From: Octopus sinensis
Taxonomy: Eukaryota
NCBI RefSeq assembly: GCF_006345805.1
Contig: NC_043001.1
Location: forward strand, 66,402,001 to 66,466,000
DNA: 64,000 bases
Reading direction: 5' to 3'
The position numbers and the translations under genes were made by a program. A model generated the notes under the pieces. The model saw nothing but the letters and a program-made list of their open reading frames with translations. It did no database searches and was not told the origin of the DNA. The number at the start of each line of letters is the position of its first letter. Within the stretch, counting starts at the first letter, position 1. Positions 37,906 to 50,334 of this stretch are shown here, one piece after another.

Positions 37906-38220
37906 TTATATATATATATTTATATCAGGTGATCTTTCTGGCTGTGGGGCTGTGGATGCAATGACCAAAATTTTCTGTCACATAGATATTTGAATCAAAT
38001 TGACATGTTCATATTGTACAGCCATTCTTAAAATGAAAAGAAATCACATCTTATCTTATGAGTGTTCTGAAATTTGAAAAAGTATAAAATATTAGTTGAA
38101 TAAATGCAGAAAACTACGTGTTATCTTTACATCATTTTTCTAATGGAAGCAGAATGTCAACTTGCTTCCCTTTTCCAATTTAAGTGTTACATAACGTAAG
38201 ATTATATAAATCATAGGTAC
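36411..38220. repeat. 1.8-kb near-perfect fold-back containing about 300 bp of flank plus an RTE tail in each arm
   Basis: Arms about 36411-37375 and 37393-38220; the left arm has one extra ~120-bp repeat unit and small indels. Confidence 0.92.
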
Positions 38221-38651
38221 TGCGAATAGACAGAAACTTAATCTAAGCATATAAGTATTTATTAGCATCTAAAACTATTCGTTATCAGCACTTACTAGAA
38301 AAAAGTCTTTGTGCCATTTTTATTGGAAAAACTGTTAAAATATTACATCAAAAATGTTGCAACAGTGCGTGTTGCTTCCCTTGCACAGAGTTTTTGTGTT
38401 GTCTGCCACTGTTTGTTTTCTCATGCTAATTTTGACAATAAAAGTCTGAAGCCTATGATGTCATATAGTTTATATCAAATATACAGAACGTTAGAAAAAT
38501 GATCCTATGAAAAATAAGTAATATAGTTTCAATTTTGTTTCTATAATTTTTAAGGAAAGCATTGCTTCCCTTGCTTCCATGGACGGCATGCCTATGATAT
38601 ATATATGTATATATATATGTATATGTATGTATATATATTTATATATATGTA

Positions 38652-41343
38652 TTTAAGATTAGATTAGTGTTTCACCATAGGTCAGCTACCATCATCTCGG
38701 CATATGCCCCTCAACCAGGGCTACCGGAAGGACAGAAAGACCAATTCTACGACACCCTATTGCGGACTACCTCGTTGACAAATGGCAGTGACCTTCTCTT
38801 TCTGGCAGGTGATTTCAATGGACATGTTGGATGGCATGTCGGGGGCTTCATGGCGTTCATGGAGGCTACGGTTTTGGCTCTCGAAATGAGGAGGGAACCA
38901 GGCTGCTGGAGTTCTGCGATGCAAATGACCTTATGGTCTGCAATACCAACTTCAGGAAACCCACCTCTCACCTAGTCACCTAGCGTTCTGGCAGACACAC
39001 TAGCCAGATTGACTACATCCTCACCAGAAAGAGGGAAAGAGGGCTGCTTATAAATGCCAAAACCTTTCCAGGCGAAGAATGTACTCCTCAACATAGATTA
39101 GGAATGTACTCCTCAACATAGATTAGTAGTTAGCGACTTCAGGATCAGAGCTAAATGGTTGCCCAGAAGAAGACCAGCTTAAAGGAGAAGGGTCTGGAAG
39201 CTTAAAGATCCTGCAAATGGACAGAGATTTAGAGACATACTACTCGAAGTCTTTGACGAAATAGAAGGGGATATAGCTTCACTTAATGTGGAAGACAACT
39301 GGAGATTTCTACGGGACAATCTGCTGACAGCCACTGACCAGATCTGTGGATGGAGCAAAGTCCCATCTCGACCTAGAGTAACGTGGTGGTGGAACAATGT
39401 GGTTGACAGGGCTATTAGACAAAAGAAACAGGCTTCGAGGGACTGGAAGAACGGTGGTAGCAGGGAATTGTATCAGACAACCAGAAGAGAAGCTAGGAGA
39501 CAGGTTTATTTAGCCAGAGGGGAAGCGGATAAGAAAAAATTTGCCAATGTTCTGCGCCGTGAGGATGAAAGACTTGAGGTATTTCGTGTTGCAAGACAGT
39601 GTGTGTGAGAGAGAATCGTGATGTGGTAGGAGAGAAATGTGTCTGCATGGATGATGGTTCACTTGCACTAAATGAGGATGCAAAGAGAGAGGTTTGGAGA
39701 TGCCACTATGAAAGGTTGCTGAATAAAGAAAATGAATGGGATAAAGAGAGTCTGCCGAATGTCAACTGGAGGAGAAGTTCCAGGTGTGGAAGGAGGGTTT
39801 AGAATCGAGGGGCCTTAGAGTCAACCTAGCTAAAACCAAAGTACTAATAAGTAGGAAGGTAGACAATCCACAAATGTCTTCAGGAAGATGGCCCTGCTCG
39901 ATCTGTAGAAAAGGTGTAGGTAGAAACTCTATAAGATGTACCCAGTGTAAACTATGGACACATAAGAGGTGCAGCAATATCAAAGGAAGGCTAACTGGGA
40001 AGATAGTTTTTGTATGTGGCAGATGCTTGGGAGCATTAAACTCTGAAAATCTGCAGAAAACAACTTCCGTCACTTTCCAGGGGGAAAAACTAGAAGTAGT
40101 TGATAGCTTCCGTTATCTAGGTGACCAAGTCAGTAGTGGGGGTGGGTGTGTTGAAAGTGTAACTGCTAGAGTAAGAATAGCCTGGGCAAAGTTTAGGGAG
40201 CTCTTACCTCTGCTGGTGACTAAAGGCCTCTCGCTCAGAGTAAAAGGCAGACTGTATGATGCATGTGTACGAACAGCCATGCTACATGGCAGTGAAACAT
40301 GGGCCATGACTGCTGAGGACATGCGTAAGCTCGCGAGGAATGAAGCCAGTATGCTTTGATAGATGTGTAATGTCAGTGTGCATACTCGACAGAGCGTTAG
40401 TACCTTGAGAGAAATGTTGGACCTAAGAAGCATCAGTTGTGGTGTGCAAGGGAGACGACTGCGCTGGTATTGTCATGTGGTGAGAATGGATGAAGATAGG
40501 AGTGTGAAAAAGTGCCAATCCCTAGCAGTTAAGGGAACCCATGGAAGAGGTACACCCAGGAAAACCTGGGACGAGGTGGTGAAGCACGACCTTCGAACTT
40601 TAGGCCTCACTGAGGAAATGACCAGCGACTGAGACCTTTGGAAGTATGATGTACATGAGAAAACCAGGCAGGACAAGTGAGTCCAGCTCACTTATGCATG
40701 CCTTTCCTCCCTTGGACACACAAAGACCTGTTGAGGCAAGCAAAGTCGATATCGAACCTCATCCGACGACAGGCACCCATGCCAACCCCCCTTTGCTTGT
40801 GAAGACCTGATGGGGCAAGTGAAATCGAAATCGGAATCGAAATCGAAATCGAAATCGGAATCGAAATCGAAATCGGAATCGAAATCGAAATCGAAATCGG
40901 AATCGAATTGAACCAATCCTATGACTGGCACCCGGCAGATGCAAGGACCCCTGGACTGGTGGTACGTAAAAAGCACTATCTGAATCGTGGCCGATGCCAG
41001 CGCCGCCTCGACTGGCTTCCGTGTCGGTGGCACGTAAAAAGCACCATCCGAATCGTGGCCGAAGCCAGTGCCGCCTCGACTGGCTTCTGGGCTGGTGGCA
41101 CGTAAAATGCACCAATCCGACCGTGGCCGTTGCCAGCATCGCCTGGCACCTGTGCAAGTGGCACGTAAAAAGCACCCACTACACTCACGGAGTGGTTGGC
41201 GTTATGAAGGGCATCCAGCTGTAGAAACATTGCCAGATAAGACTGGAGCCTGATGCAGCCTTCTGGCTTCCTAGATCCCCGGTCGAACCGTCCAACCCAT
41301 GCTAGCATGGAGAACGGACGTTAAACGATGATGATGATGATGA
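38652..41343 (+). mobile_element. RTE LINE, 5'-truncated and internally deleted (most of the RT missing), with complete 3' UTR
   Basis: APE C-part 38667-39000; jump at about 39765 from ESLPNV to LEEKFQVWK; ORF 39784..40359; (GAAATC)n at 40820-40905; (TGA)n tail. Confidence 0.93.
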
Positions 41344-41380
41344 TATATATATATATATGTATGTATATAAGTATATATAT

Positions 41381-41463
<83 letters not shown>

Positions 41464-41753
41464 CATATATGTATATGTATATGTACATGTGTGTGTGTTT
41501 ATACCACCACCATCACTTGACAACTGATGTTGCTGTGTTTACATCCCCGTAACTTAGCTGTTTGGCAAAACACTACAATAGAATAACTACTAAGCTTACA
41601 AATATTAAATATTGGGGTCGATTTCTTTGACTAAAGGTAGTGCTCCAGCATATCTACAGTCAGATAAAACAAGTAAAACAATAAAGAACTATGTCATTTT
41701 AATCCCAAGCAATGCCAGGTATCTCTGCTAGTTTATATGAATATGTATATTTG

Positions 41754-41807
<54 letters not shown>

Positions 41808-41931
41808 ACAATTTAGATTCAAATGAATATGGTACTTAATTTAGATGCACCAGAATTTTGTACGGTGTTACCCATAAAAATTTGCGGGGTGATTATAATC
41901 AAAAATAAGCAGCAAGAATGATTCCAGTAAT

Positions 41932-42017
41932 TTGGTACAATTGTTTCATACTACAACATTTTATTAAAAGCTGTAAATATTACAGCATATTTAAGATGCT
42001 GAGTACTCTTCAGCCAA
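41932..42017 (-). ncRNA. Type I hammerhead ribozyme, intact consensus core
   Basis: ttgg CTGAAGA gtactcagcat...atgttgtagtat GAAAC aatt GTA ccaa. Confidence 0.82.
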
Positions 42018-42125
42018 TTTATATAGGTTTTCCAATAATATAAAAGCTTTCAAATCAAGTAGTGACATTTTAGGAAAGGTAAATATACAGATAAAGCTTT
42101 TATATTATTGGAAAACCTATATAAA

Positions 42126-42211
42126 TTGGCTGAAGAGTACTTGGCATCTTAAATCTGCTGTAATATTTACAGCTTTTAATAAAATGTTGTAGTATGAAAC
42201 AATTGTACCAA
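42126..42211 (+). ncRNA. Type I hammerhead ribozyme, intact consensus core (mirror copy)
   Basis: ttgg CTGAAGA gtact...agtat GAAAC aatt GTA ccaa; palindromic ACAATTGT stem III. Confidence 0.82.
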
Positions 42212-42252
42212 ATTACTGGAATCATTCTTGTTGCTTATTTTTGAGTATATAT

Positions 42253-42367
<115 letters not shown>

Positions 42368-43430
42368 TGTCTGTGTGTGTGTATATAAAATAATAAGGGT
42401 GAAAAATTGAATATTAATTTGATTAATATCAATTTAAAACCAGTGGTCTAGCATATTGAAAAATCTGAAGTTTCAGAAAAAATTATATTACATATATATA
42501 AGAGGGATGACCTGTAAGTGGACACCCATTATGCTAGAAGAAGATCTGCTAAGGTCTTACCACTAAGAAAGGAATGTTCTCAAGAAAATTTAGCAAACAC
42601 CAGAACATAAGCTTACATTCTGGCGTTTGGTAAATTTTCTTGAGCACATTCCTTTCTTATTGGTAAGACCTTAGCAGATCTTCTTCTAGCAGAATGGATA
42701 TCCACTTACAAGTCATCCCTCTTATATGTATGTCATATATATATATTTGTATGTATATGAATGTATATATATGTGTGTGTGTGTGTGTGTTATATACATA
42801 TACACACACACATACATACATATATATATATATGTATGTATGTATGTATGTATGAGTGTATATATATATATATATATATACATACACACACACACGCATG
42901 CACATATGTAGAGCCAACAGGCAAGATCCAAAGCTACTCAATATAGAGAACACATAGCTGTGTGCAAATGATTTGAAATTGCACTCCAAAATCTTTCTTG
43001 AGAACTAAATTGGCAGAGTAAAGTGTGGCTACAAGATATGGAGGTAGTGGTGCAAATAAACACAATTGGAATTCGTATGTAAAATAACTGTACATACATA
43101 TAAAGATGTAAATATATAAAGGAGTATATGTATAGAGAGAGAGAAATTAAAAACTGAAAATATTCAGAAGACAAACACTTGTGTATAAGCATAAAGATAT
43201 TTATATATTTACAGAAACCTGAAATATTATGCCCTCTCTCCTTAGTTTTCTGTGTTTTTTGTACTCCATGTACATATATAAATATTATAGATATTTATAT
43301 GCTTATACATGAACATTTTCACTTTTTTTCTCTCTGTTTATCCCTATATAAATTTACATGTGTATATGCATGTATGTATACTTTATATATCAAGCCCAAA
43401 TGTGTTTATTTGCATCAGTATCTCCATATA

Positions 43431-43473
<43 letters not shown>

Positions 43474-43749
43474 GGATACAAATATAAATGTATATATACA
43501 TATATGTATATATCTATATGTATATATATCAATATTAGGGTAGCAAAAAATTCAATAGAAATTATTTTGCCACCAGCGGTCTAGTGAGAAAGAGGAAATA
43601 GTCAGAGACTATTAATAAATTCAACAACAATTGAGGAACGGCTATAATAGGCCGTTCGACCCACTAGAAATAGCAGCCAGGGCTCCAACTGCAAATAGTA
43701 GTAATTCCGAAATCAGAGGAAAAATTAAAAAAACATTTACCCTGTTCTT

Positions 43750-43860
43750 CTTTAGACAATGCATTGTTTCGGCGTTTTTTAATGGCAAACCAGCCTGATT
43801 AAATTAAATTAAACTTAATCAAGTCAATCTTCCAAAAGGCCAAAGCACTCATCAGTAAAG
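43750..43860 (-). ncRNA. Type I hammerhead ribozyme, GUC cleavage site, long stem II
   Basis: cttta CTGATGA gtgc...cgcc GAAAC aatgcatt GTC taaag; 12-nt palindrome ACAATGCATTGT. Confidence 0.8.
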
Positions 43861-44039
43861 GAGCCAGAAGGGACAGAAGTTACCCGAGGCAGCTACCTTC
43901 ATGCCTCTGATTTCGGAATTACTATTTGCGGTTGGAGCCCTGGCTGCTATTTCTAGTGGGTCAAACGGCCTATTATAGCCGTTCCTCAATTGTTGTATAT
44001 GTATATATATGTATATGTTTGTTTATATGTTTGTTTCCT

Positions 44040-44350
44040 AACCATGTGGTTCCAGGTTAAGTTTCACTGTATGGCACCCCGGGCAAGTGTCTTCAATCAC
44101 AGCCTTGGGCCAACCAAAGCCTTGTGAGTGGATTTCATAGAAAAAAACGAGTCATGTGTATATACACACTAAGGTATATTCACATCTATACATATATGAG
44201 ATGCATTTCTTTCAGTTTATGTCTACCAAATCTACTCACAAGGCTTTGGTCAGCCCAAGGCTATAGTAGAAGACACATGCCCAAGGTGCCAGATAGTGGA
44301 ACTGAGACTGAACCATGTGGTTGAGAAGCAAGCAACTTACCACACAGACA
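44040..44350. mobile_element. Two tRNA-derived SINE fragments in opposite orientation
   Basis: aaccatgtggtt..ggcaagtgtctt..ccaaagccttgtgagtggattt on plus and its reverse complement at about 44210-44345. Confidence 0.6.
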
Positions 44351-44368
44351 TGCCTCTGTGTGTGTATG

Positions 44369-44402
<34 letters not shown>

Positions 44403-44416
44403 TCTATCTATCTATC

Positions 44417-44447
<31 letters not shown>

Positions 44448-44490
44448 ACACATATATGTGTATATATATGTATTTATATATATATGTATT

Positions 44491-44554
<64 letters not shown>

Positions 44555-44810
44555 ATATGTACACACATATGTGTATATACATATATATACGTATATATAT
44601 ATTTATATATGTATATATATATATATATATGTACACACAGATGTGTGTATATATATATAAATAGAGAGAGAGAGAGAGGTAATGAGCAGTAATGGTGTCA
44701 ATAAGACCCAAAGGTGTCAGGTAATGCTGAATAAGTGCTATGGACAGACTATAGTTAAGCTCCAGGTTCGGTGATTATGCAAATGAGGAGTCTGTTTTAT
44801 ATATATGATG

Positions 44811-44844
<34 letters not shown>

Positions 44845-45183
44845 GCATAAATGTATATATACACTTAATAATATATGCTAAATAGTACAAATATATAAAT
44901 ATATATATAAATTATTTAATTGCACTGATAATAATGATAATGTCAAAGAAGAGGATGTGGAAGAGAAAGAAGTGTCATTAAAATATATAAAACAAATAAA
45001 TGAGAAATGTCAGGTAAAAAATGCAAGAGCGAAATACTTTACCTTGGAAACAATGTATTTAGAATGCTTATAATTCATGTGTATTTAATAAAATCAGTTT
45101 GATGATTGATTAATGTAATGACAGCAATTTTACTTCATTTACTTTCTACTGGCAATTTAATAATTGTTGTTGTTAGCATTCTG

Positions 45184-46734
45184 TTACTTATTTAGCTTCA
45201 TGTGAGGATGAAGAATAAACATTTTAATTTCTCCATCTGATTGTGCAGCAATCAACTTGTAACCAGTTTTATCCATGCACATTACTGCAGGCCGGTCAAT
45301 TCCATCAAAAGCTGACAAAAACTCACAGTCATAAGTACCATCAGGATTGAGTCTGTGGATTTTGCTGACTTTACCATCAGCTAGATATATAAAGCCATCT
45401 GGATCAATACATATGCCCTTTGGGTCTATAACAGCAGCCTGGTCAGTATTAAAATACAGGAACTTCAATGCTCCTTTAACATCATAACAACTTAATATTT
45501 TATCTTTGCAACTAGAAATAAGCATATCCCCATGTGGGGATGTGGTCAGGTAAGCACATTCACCTTTCACATGAACAATTAAACTGTTTATTATTTCCCC
45601 AGTGAAAGAGAATACATCCAATGTTGCCAGTCCTCCTGGTTTCATACTGAGCCCTACCAATGTCCAGCCAATACCACGAGAAAGTTTCTGATATTGTTTT
45701 GGTACTGACAATCTTCCAGTAACCTTGAAAGGTTTGCTAAGTGTAAGGAAACACAGTTCAAAACTTAAGAAGAAACTGATTGCAATCTGAGTTGTTGAAA
45801 TAAGTGTTATGTCTGATGGTGCTGAATTTAGTTTATATAAGTCGAGTAGGAGTCCTTCTTGAGAAAACTTCTTGATGTTCTTGTTCTTAGGGTCAGCCAC
45901 TAAAATACAGCTATCGGCAGTAACTAGAATGTTGCTTGGTTCACTTGTAATTTCAATTCCAGGGATTGTACATTTGAACCCATCAAAAAGTTCTGCATGG
46001 ACTTCTTTGCAGTTTTTATTCATGTTTGATTTACTTTGACAGTCATTAGAAACATTGCTTTTCCTTTTAGTATCCTGCTTAACATTTGTTCCTTTCTCAA
46101 CTGGGTTTGGTTTATTAACAAAATAATTCTTGAAATGTGTTTCTGATACCCTGGCATCCAACATTGGTTTCCGGTTACTTCGGAAGATTCTAGTATAGCT
46201 AATATCAGTATTTCTTTTGCTTTCAAACTGAAAGTGTTTTTTGTTACAAGGGATACTTTCAACTATTGTTTTAGCTGATTTTGTTGAGTATGTCACAGAC
46301 TTTGTAATATATTGACTATTCACAGATTGCTTTGTATAAAAATCAGAAATTTTACCACTTTTTCTCAGTGAAGGACAATTAAAGTATGCAATCTTAGAAA
46401 AAGGTTTCTTCTTCTTCGTTATATTACTTTCATTGGTGATATTTAAAAGTGATCTAATCTTTGAGTTGTTCAGCAGATTAAGGAGGAAAATATTATCTGG
46501 GAATAAAGCTGCCCATTCTTGAATAGGTTTTGATGTGTCTTTTGGTTTAATGTTTCTCAAGCACTGTGGACAAGGAAATGTCTTTGTTGTGTCAATGGCA
46601 TTGGCAGAAATATAGATACTAAGACATTCAACACAAAAACTGTGAAGACATGGCAAAGCTTTTGGTTTTGTTACTATAACACCGCACAGATAACACTCAA
46701 ATATATTCCTTTGAAATAACATCCTTGATTCCAT
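45184..46734 (-). CDS. Intronless RING-HC (C3HC4, TRIM-type) plus NHL-like beta-propeller protein, putative E3 ubiquitin ligase, 516 aa
   Basis: 1551-nt open frame in repeat-saturated DNA; CYLC..PKALPCLHSFCVEC..FPCPQC..FPDN; C-terminal blades ILVADPKNKNIKKF and DPKGICIDPDGFIYLAD; in-frame stop upstream of aaaATGg. Confidence 0.88.
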   Translation of the reverse strand: MESRMLFQRNIFECYLCGVIVTKPKALPCLHSFCVECLSIYISANAIDTTKTFPCPQCLRNIKPKDTSKPIQEWAALFPDNIFLLNLLNNSKIRSLLNITNESNITKKKKPFSKIAYFNCPSLRKSGKISDFYTKQSVNSQYITKSVTYSTKSAKTIVESIPCNKKHFQFESKRNTDISYTRIFRSNRKPMLDARVSETHFKNYFVNKPNPVEKGTNVKQDTKRKSNVSNDCQSKSNMNKNCKEVHAELFDGFKCTIPGIEITSEPSNILVTADSCILVADPKNKNIKKFSQEGLLLDLYKLNSAPSDITLISTTQIAISFFLSFELCFLTLSKPFKVTGRLSVPKQYQKLSRGIGWTLVGLSMKPGGLATLDVFSFTGEIINSLIVHVKGECAYLTTSPHGDMLISSCKDKILSCYDVKGALKFLYFNTDQAAVIDPKGICIDPDGFIYLADGKVSKIHRLNPDGTYDCEFLSAFDGIDRPAVMCMDKTGYKLIAAQSDGEIKMFILHPHMKLNK

Positions 46735-49700
46735 TTTTGGATATGTCAGATTTGGCTGGATTTGAATATTTTCCAGCTACTTTGCTCCTTTTGTAGATTT
46801 TTCTGTTTTTTATTCTTTTTCTTTTCTTTGCAATACAAAGTCTTTTACTGAATCAACATTTAAAGAGTTCTAAGTCTTGGATTTTAATTCTGAACTTATA
46901 AACTATTGTGATAAATCAGCAGAATGAAATTGTAGAAAAATATAAAATTAATCTTGGTGTGAATTTACTTAGGAATCATGAAAGAAAGACTATTTAAATG
47001 GCAAAATTCTGGTAATTCTGAAAAGATTCTATAAAAACGATTTGGAAAACAGCAAAACATATATATATTGTTTTCATCAAATGATTAAAAAGAAAATAAA
47101 GTTAGAAAGTTGTTAGAATGTGGAGTAAAAGATATTGAAGTAAGATTTTGTCCTGTTCAATATTGTGTGTTCATTCCCTAAAAAGAATTGACAATGTCTG
47201 AATAAAAGACTGCAGAGCACAACTGCCCAGTCATGGAATTTAGCCGATATTAGTCCAGTAAGCCAGCAGACAGCTAAGTTATAAATGTCCAAATTAAACC
47301 TGGATGACCTAAACACAGGAAGTTGTCTTCATGAACCTGTTTTATATGTGGAGATGAGCATGCGAACATACACCTCTTGCTCTCTCTCTTGTATGAATAT
47401 ATATATATACATATATACATACATACATACATACATATATATATAATCAGCACAATGTATATTTATATACACATTTAGTGTGCTTTTCCCTTGCCCACTT
47501 CAGGTTCTCTTCCTTGGCAATTGTCACAAAAGGCAAATTATCTGTTATGGAATCTTTCCTTACAGTAACTAATTAAAGAGAAGCTAACAAGGTGGGGATG
47601 GCTATCTGCTAGAAACTACTTGTTAAGTAATGACACACATACACATCAGCAACTAATGTCAGAGTTCATATTATAAATACAACAGCAATTAGTTGGACTG
47701 CAACCTTGACAAAGATAACATACTTTTGCTTGATACTAATCTTGTTAAGAGTTGTTATTTCTTTAATGTTTAAGTAGGCTATGTCATGTGTTCAAACCAA
47801 GCTACTGGTATTGCACTGTGCACTGCATTTAATTTTATTTGTGTTTAACTTTGGTGAACATAGCTAAAGAGAAAGTTAAAGAAAAACATTCTTGTCAGGA
47901 ATTTTCCACAACAGTAGAAACCATCTATAGAATATTTGGTTCAAAGTAGTCTGTACTCTTAATACCATCTGCTGAATAGGACTGAAGTATTCCATATAGT
48001 TGAAAATCCTTACAAAGTATTTGATTCAGAGCAATCCATTTGACATTTGGTCATTAAGAAACTTAGGAATTCAGTTGAGTTTCTGGCAAATCTTGCAATA
48101 AAAAAATAGAATTTTAATCTATTCTAATTGAAAGTGTTTTATTATTTAGCCTGGTGTCTTACTATGTCTTCCAATTTACATTTCTTTGACAAGATTTATA
48201 AATATATTTCTTTTCCTGATTAGCATGAGACCATTTCGAGGAGGTAGCTTTTGAATTTTGGAATTAATTTCACTATTTTACAAATAATTATTTATCAGTC
48301 TCAGTGGAATGAAAGGTAAAGCTGAACTTTGATGGAACATCTAACCAAAGTAGCAATATGCCACACTGAAACTCTAAGCTTTGCCATCCATCAGCAATAA
48401 CTTCATTCTTCTTGCCTTCTATGAATAATTGGATCATTTTTAATATATTTTCTACATAATTATGTAAATAGTGTCTTTTAATAAAATTAGTTTGCAGTTG
48501 TCTACACAAATATATCTTGCTTTATATAATATAGAGCATTAAAAAATTCTGACACCAAGACTGGTGGGATACAGCAAAATTCTTTAATTTCCATTTCTCT
48601 GTGAATCCCTTGTTTAAAATAAAGATTTTGACAGGATTAAGTATATTTTTCTCTCTTCCGTATTGGTAGTGTGTTTCAATATTCAGATCTACCAACTGGT
48701 TATTTTATATTAATTTGGGGATTATTATCTGTTTAGCTATAAGGAAAACTCTTTTGAAGAGAACATTTTCTTTCCTTATTTTCCTACATGGAAATCTCTC
48801 TAACCAAACTGAAAATTCTACTGATTTCTTTGCTTTTCTGAATTATTTCTATTTTAAAGAATTTTACATTTGTGATTTCTCAGAGTCCCACATTGGTATC
48901 AAAAGGTATGATAATAGAATAGGACAATAAAGTTTATGGTTCCAATTTAGCATTTTAAGTAAAACAGTTTCGTAATATTTTACACATTTGATAAACATTT
49001 CTTGGATTTGATTTAGAAAAGTTGATATTTCAAACCATGGGGCAAAAATGCATGCTTATTTGAGGGTCATTCAATGGTTATTACAAGACTGTTACTAGGT
49101 TATTAGTTGATTAATTGTAGGTTATTACATGATGGTAAGACAGATATTTGATGGTTAATTCATGGGTATTTGATGATTATTATATTGTTACTAATTGTTC
49201 TTAGATGGTTGTTATATAATCATGAGAAAGTTACTAAAAGGTTATTATATGGCTTTTAGATGAGTAATTAGATTTTTATTAGATGGTTATTTAACAATTA
49301 TTACATGATTATTATAAATTTAATATATGATTGTTAGATATTTACTAGATGGTTATGAGATATTTGTCGATGACTATTTGAGGTTTCACGTTTATTAAAT
49401 GGTTATTACCTATTTTGCTTTGTTGTTAGATAGTTATGACATAATTAGCAGATGATTGTTTGATGATGTAAGCAAATAAAAATTACACACATAAAACTGG
49501 CTTTTCATATACATATCCATGTGTATGTGTGTTCATACGTATTTATGTGTGTACATGCATCCTAGACTGTGACAATGTGGTTAAGTTTACTCCACAATCA
49601 TGTAGATCCTGGTTCAATCTCACAACATGGCAACCTAGATAAAATAACTTTCCTCCCTATAACCTCAATCCAACTTGTGACATGTGACAGTCCATAACAG

Positions 49701-49883
49701 AAACTGTGAAGAAGCTACCTAGATGGAATGTACTTGTGTTTCTCAGGATCAGTTTTCTTACACTGTGTGTCATGTTGATTCTGCCCAGGAATTACATTTA
49801 AATGCACACATGTCTGGGGAATACTCACCCACTTACACTAAAATACAATAATTAGTTTTAAGTTAATTGTACAATTCAAATAT

Positions 49884-50310
49884 TCATTTATAATAATTGA
49901 TGGAACTATCTAATGAATGTGTAAGTGTGTGTGTGCGTGTGGAAACCAAGTGGGGGAAATGATTCACTGACTTGCAATATAATTGACTGCTTTCCTTTCT
50001 ATCTATGACCCTCAGATGACTGTTCAGTCCCACTGCAGAGCTGCATGGTTTGAAGCATAGGTGACAGATAAAAGTTGTAACTTCCACAAGATTGATCTGA
50101 TCACTCTGTGAAATATGATCACTGTGAACCACCATGATTCTCTTCAGACCCGAAATCATATTGTAAGCCCTTTCACACACCACACACATTGAATAACCTA
50201 GTCTGGGAGGGAAAACTTTGCATACAGTTGATTTTTCATGGGACCTCAGATGGTTGGCATATCTTGCCTTGGAAAGGAGTTCATGGCCACACATTTCACA
50301 CCTCCAAAAC
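49884..50310 (-). pseudogene. Three C2H2-like zinc fingers (one intact, two degenerate); probably a retroelement C-terminus or ZNF remnant
   Basis: CEMC..RYANHLRSH, CVVC..LKRIMVVH, CHLC..LNSHLRVI. Confidence 0.55.
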
Positions 50311-50334
50311 ATACATATACACATAAACATACAC

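Noticed and set aside
41700-41732. Helitron-like 3' end (hairpin plus CTAGT)
   Set aside because: Only a short degenerate motif with no matching 5' end nearby.
48288-48509. 73-aa minus-strand ORF upstream of the RING-NHL gene
   Set aside because: No motif or splice support; within the length expected by chance.
49060-49450. Degenerate tagatggttatta-like periodicity
   Set aside because: Too eroded to define a unit by eye; probably an old minisatellite.
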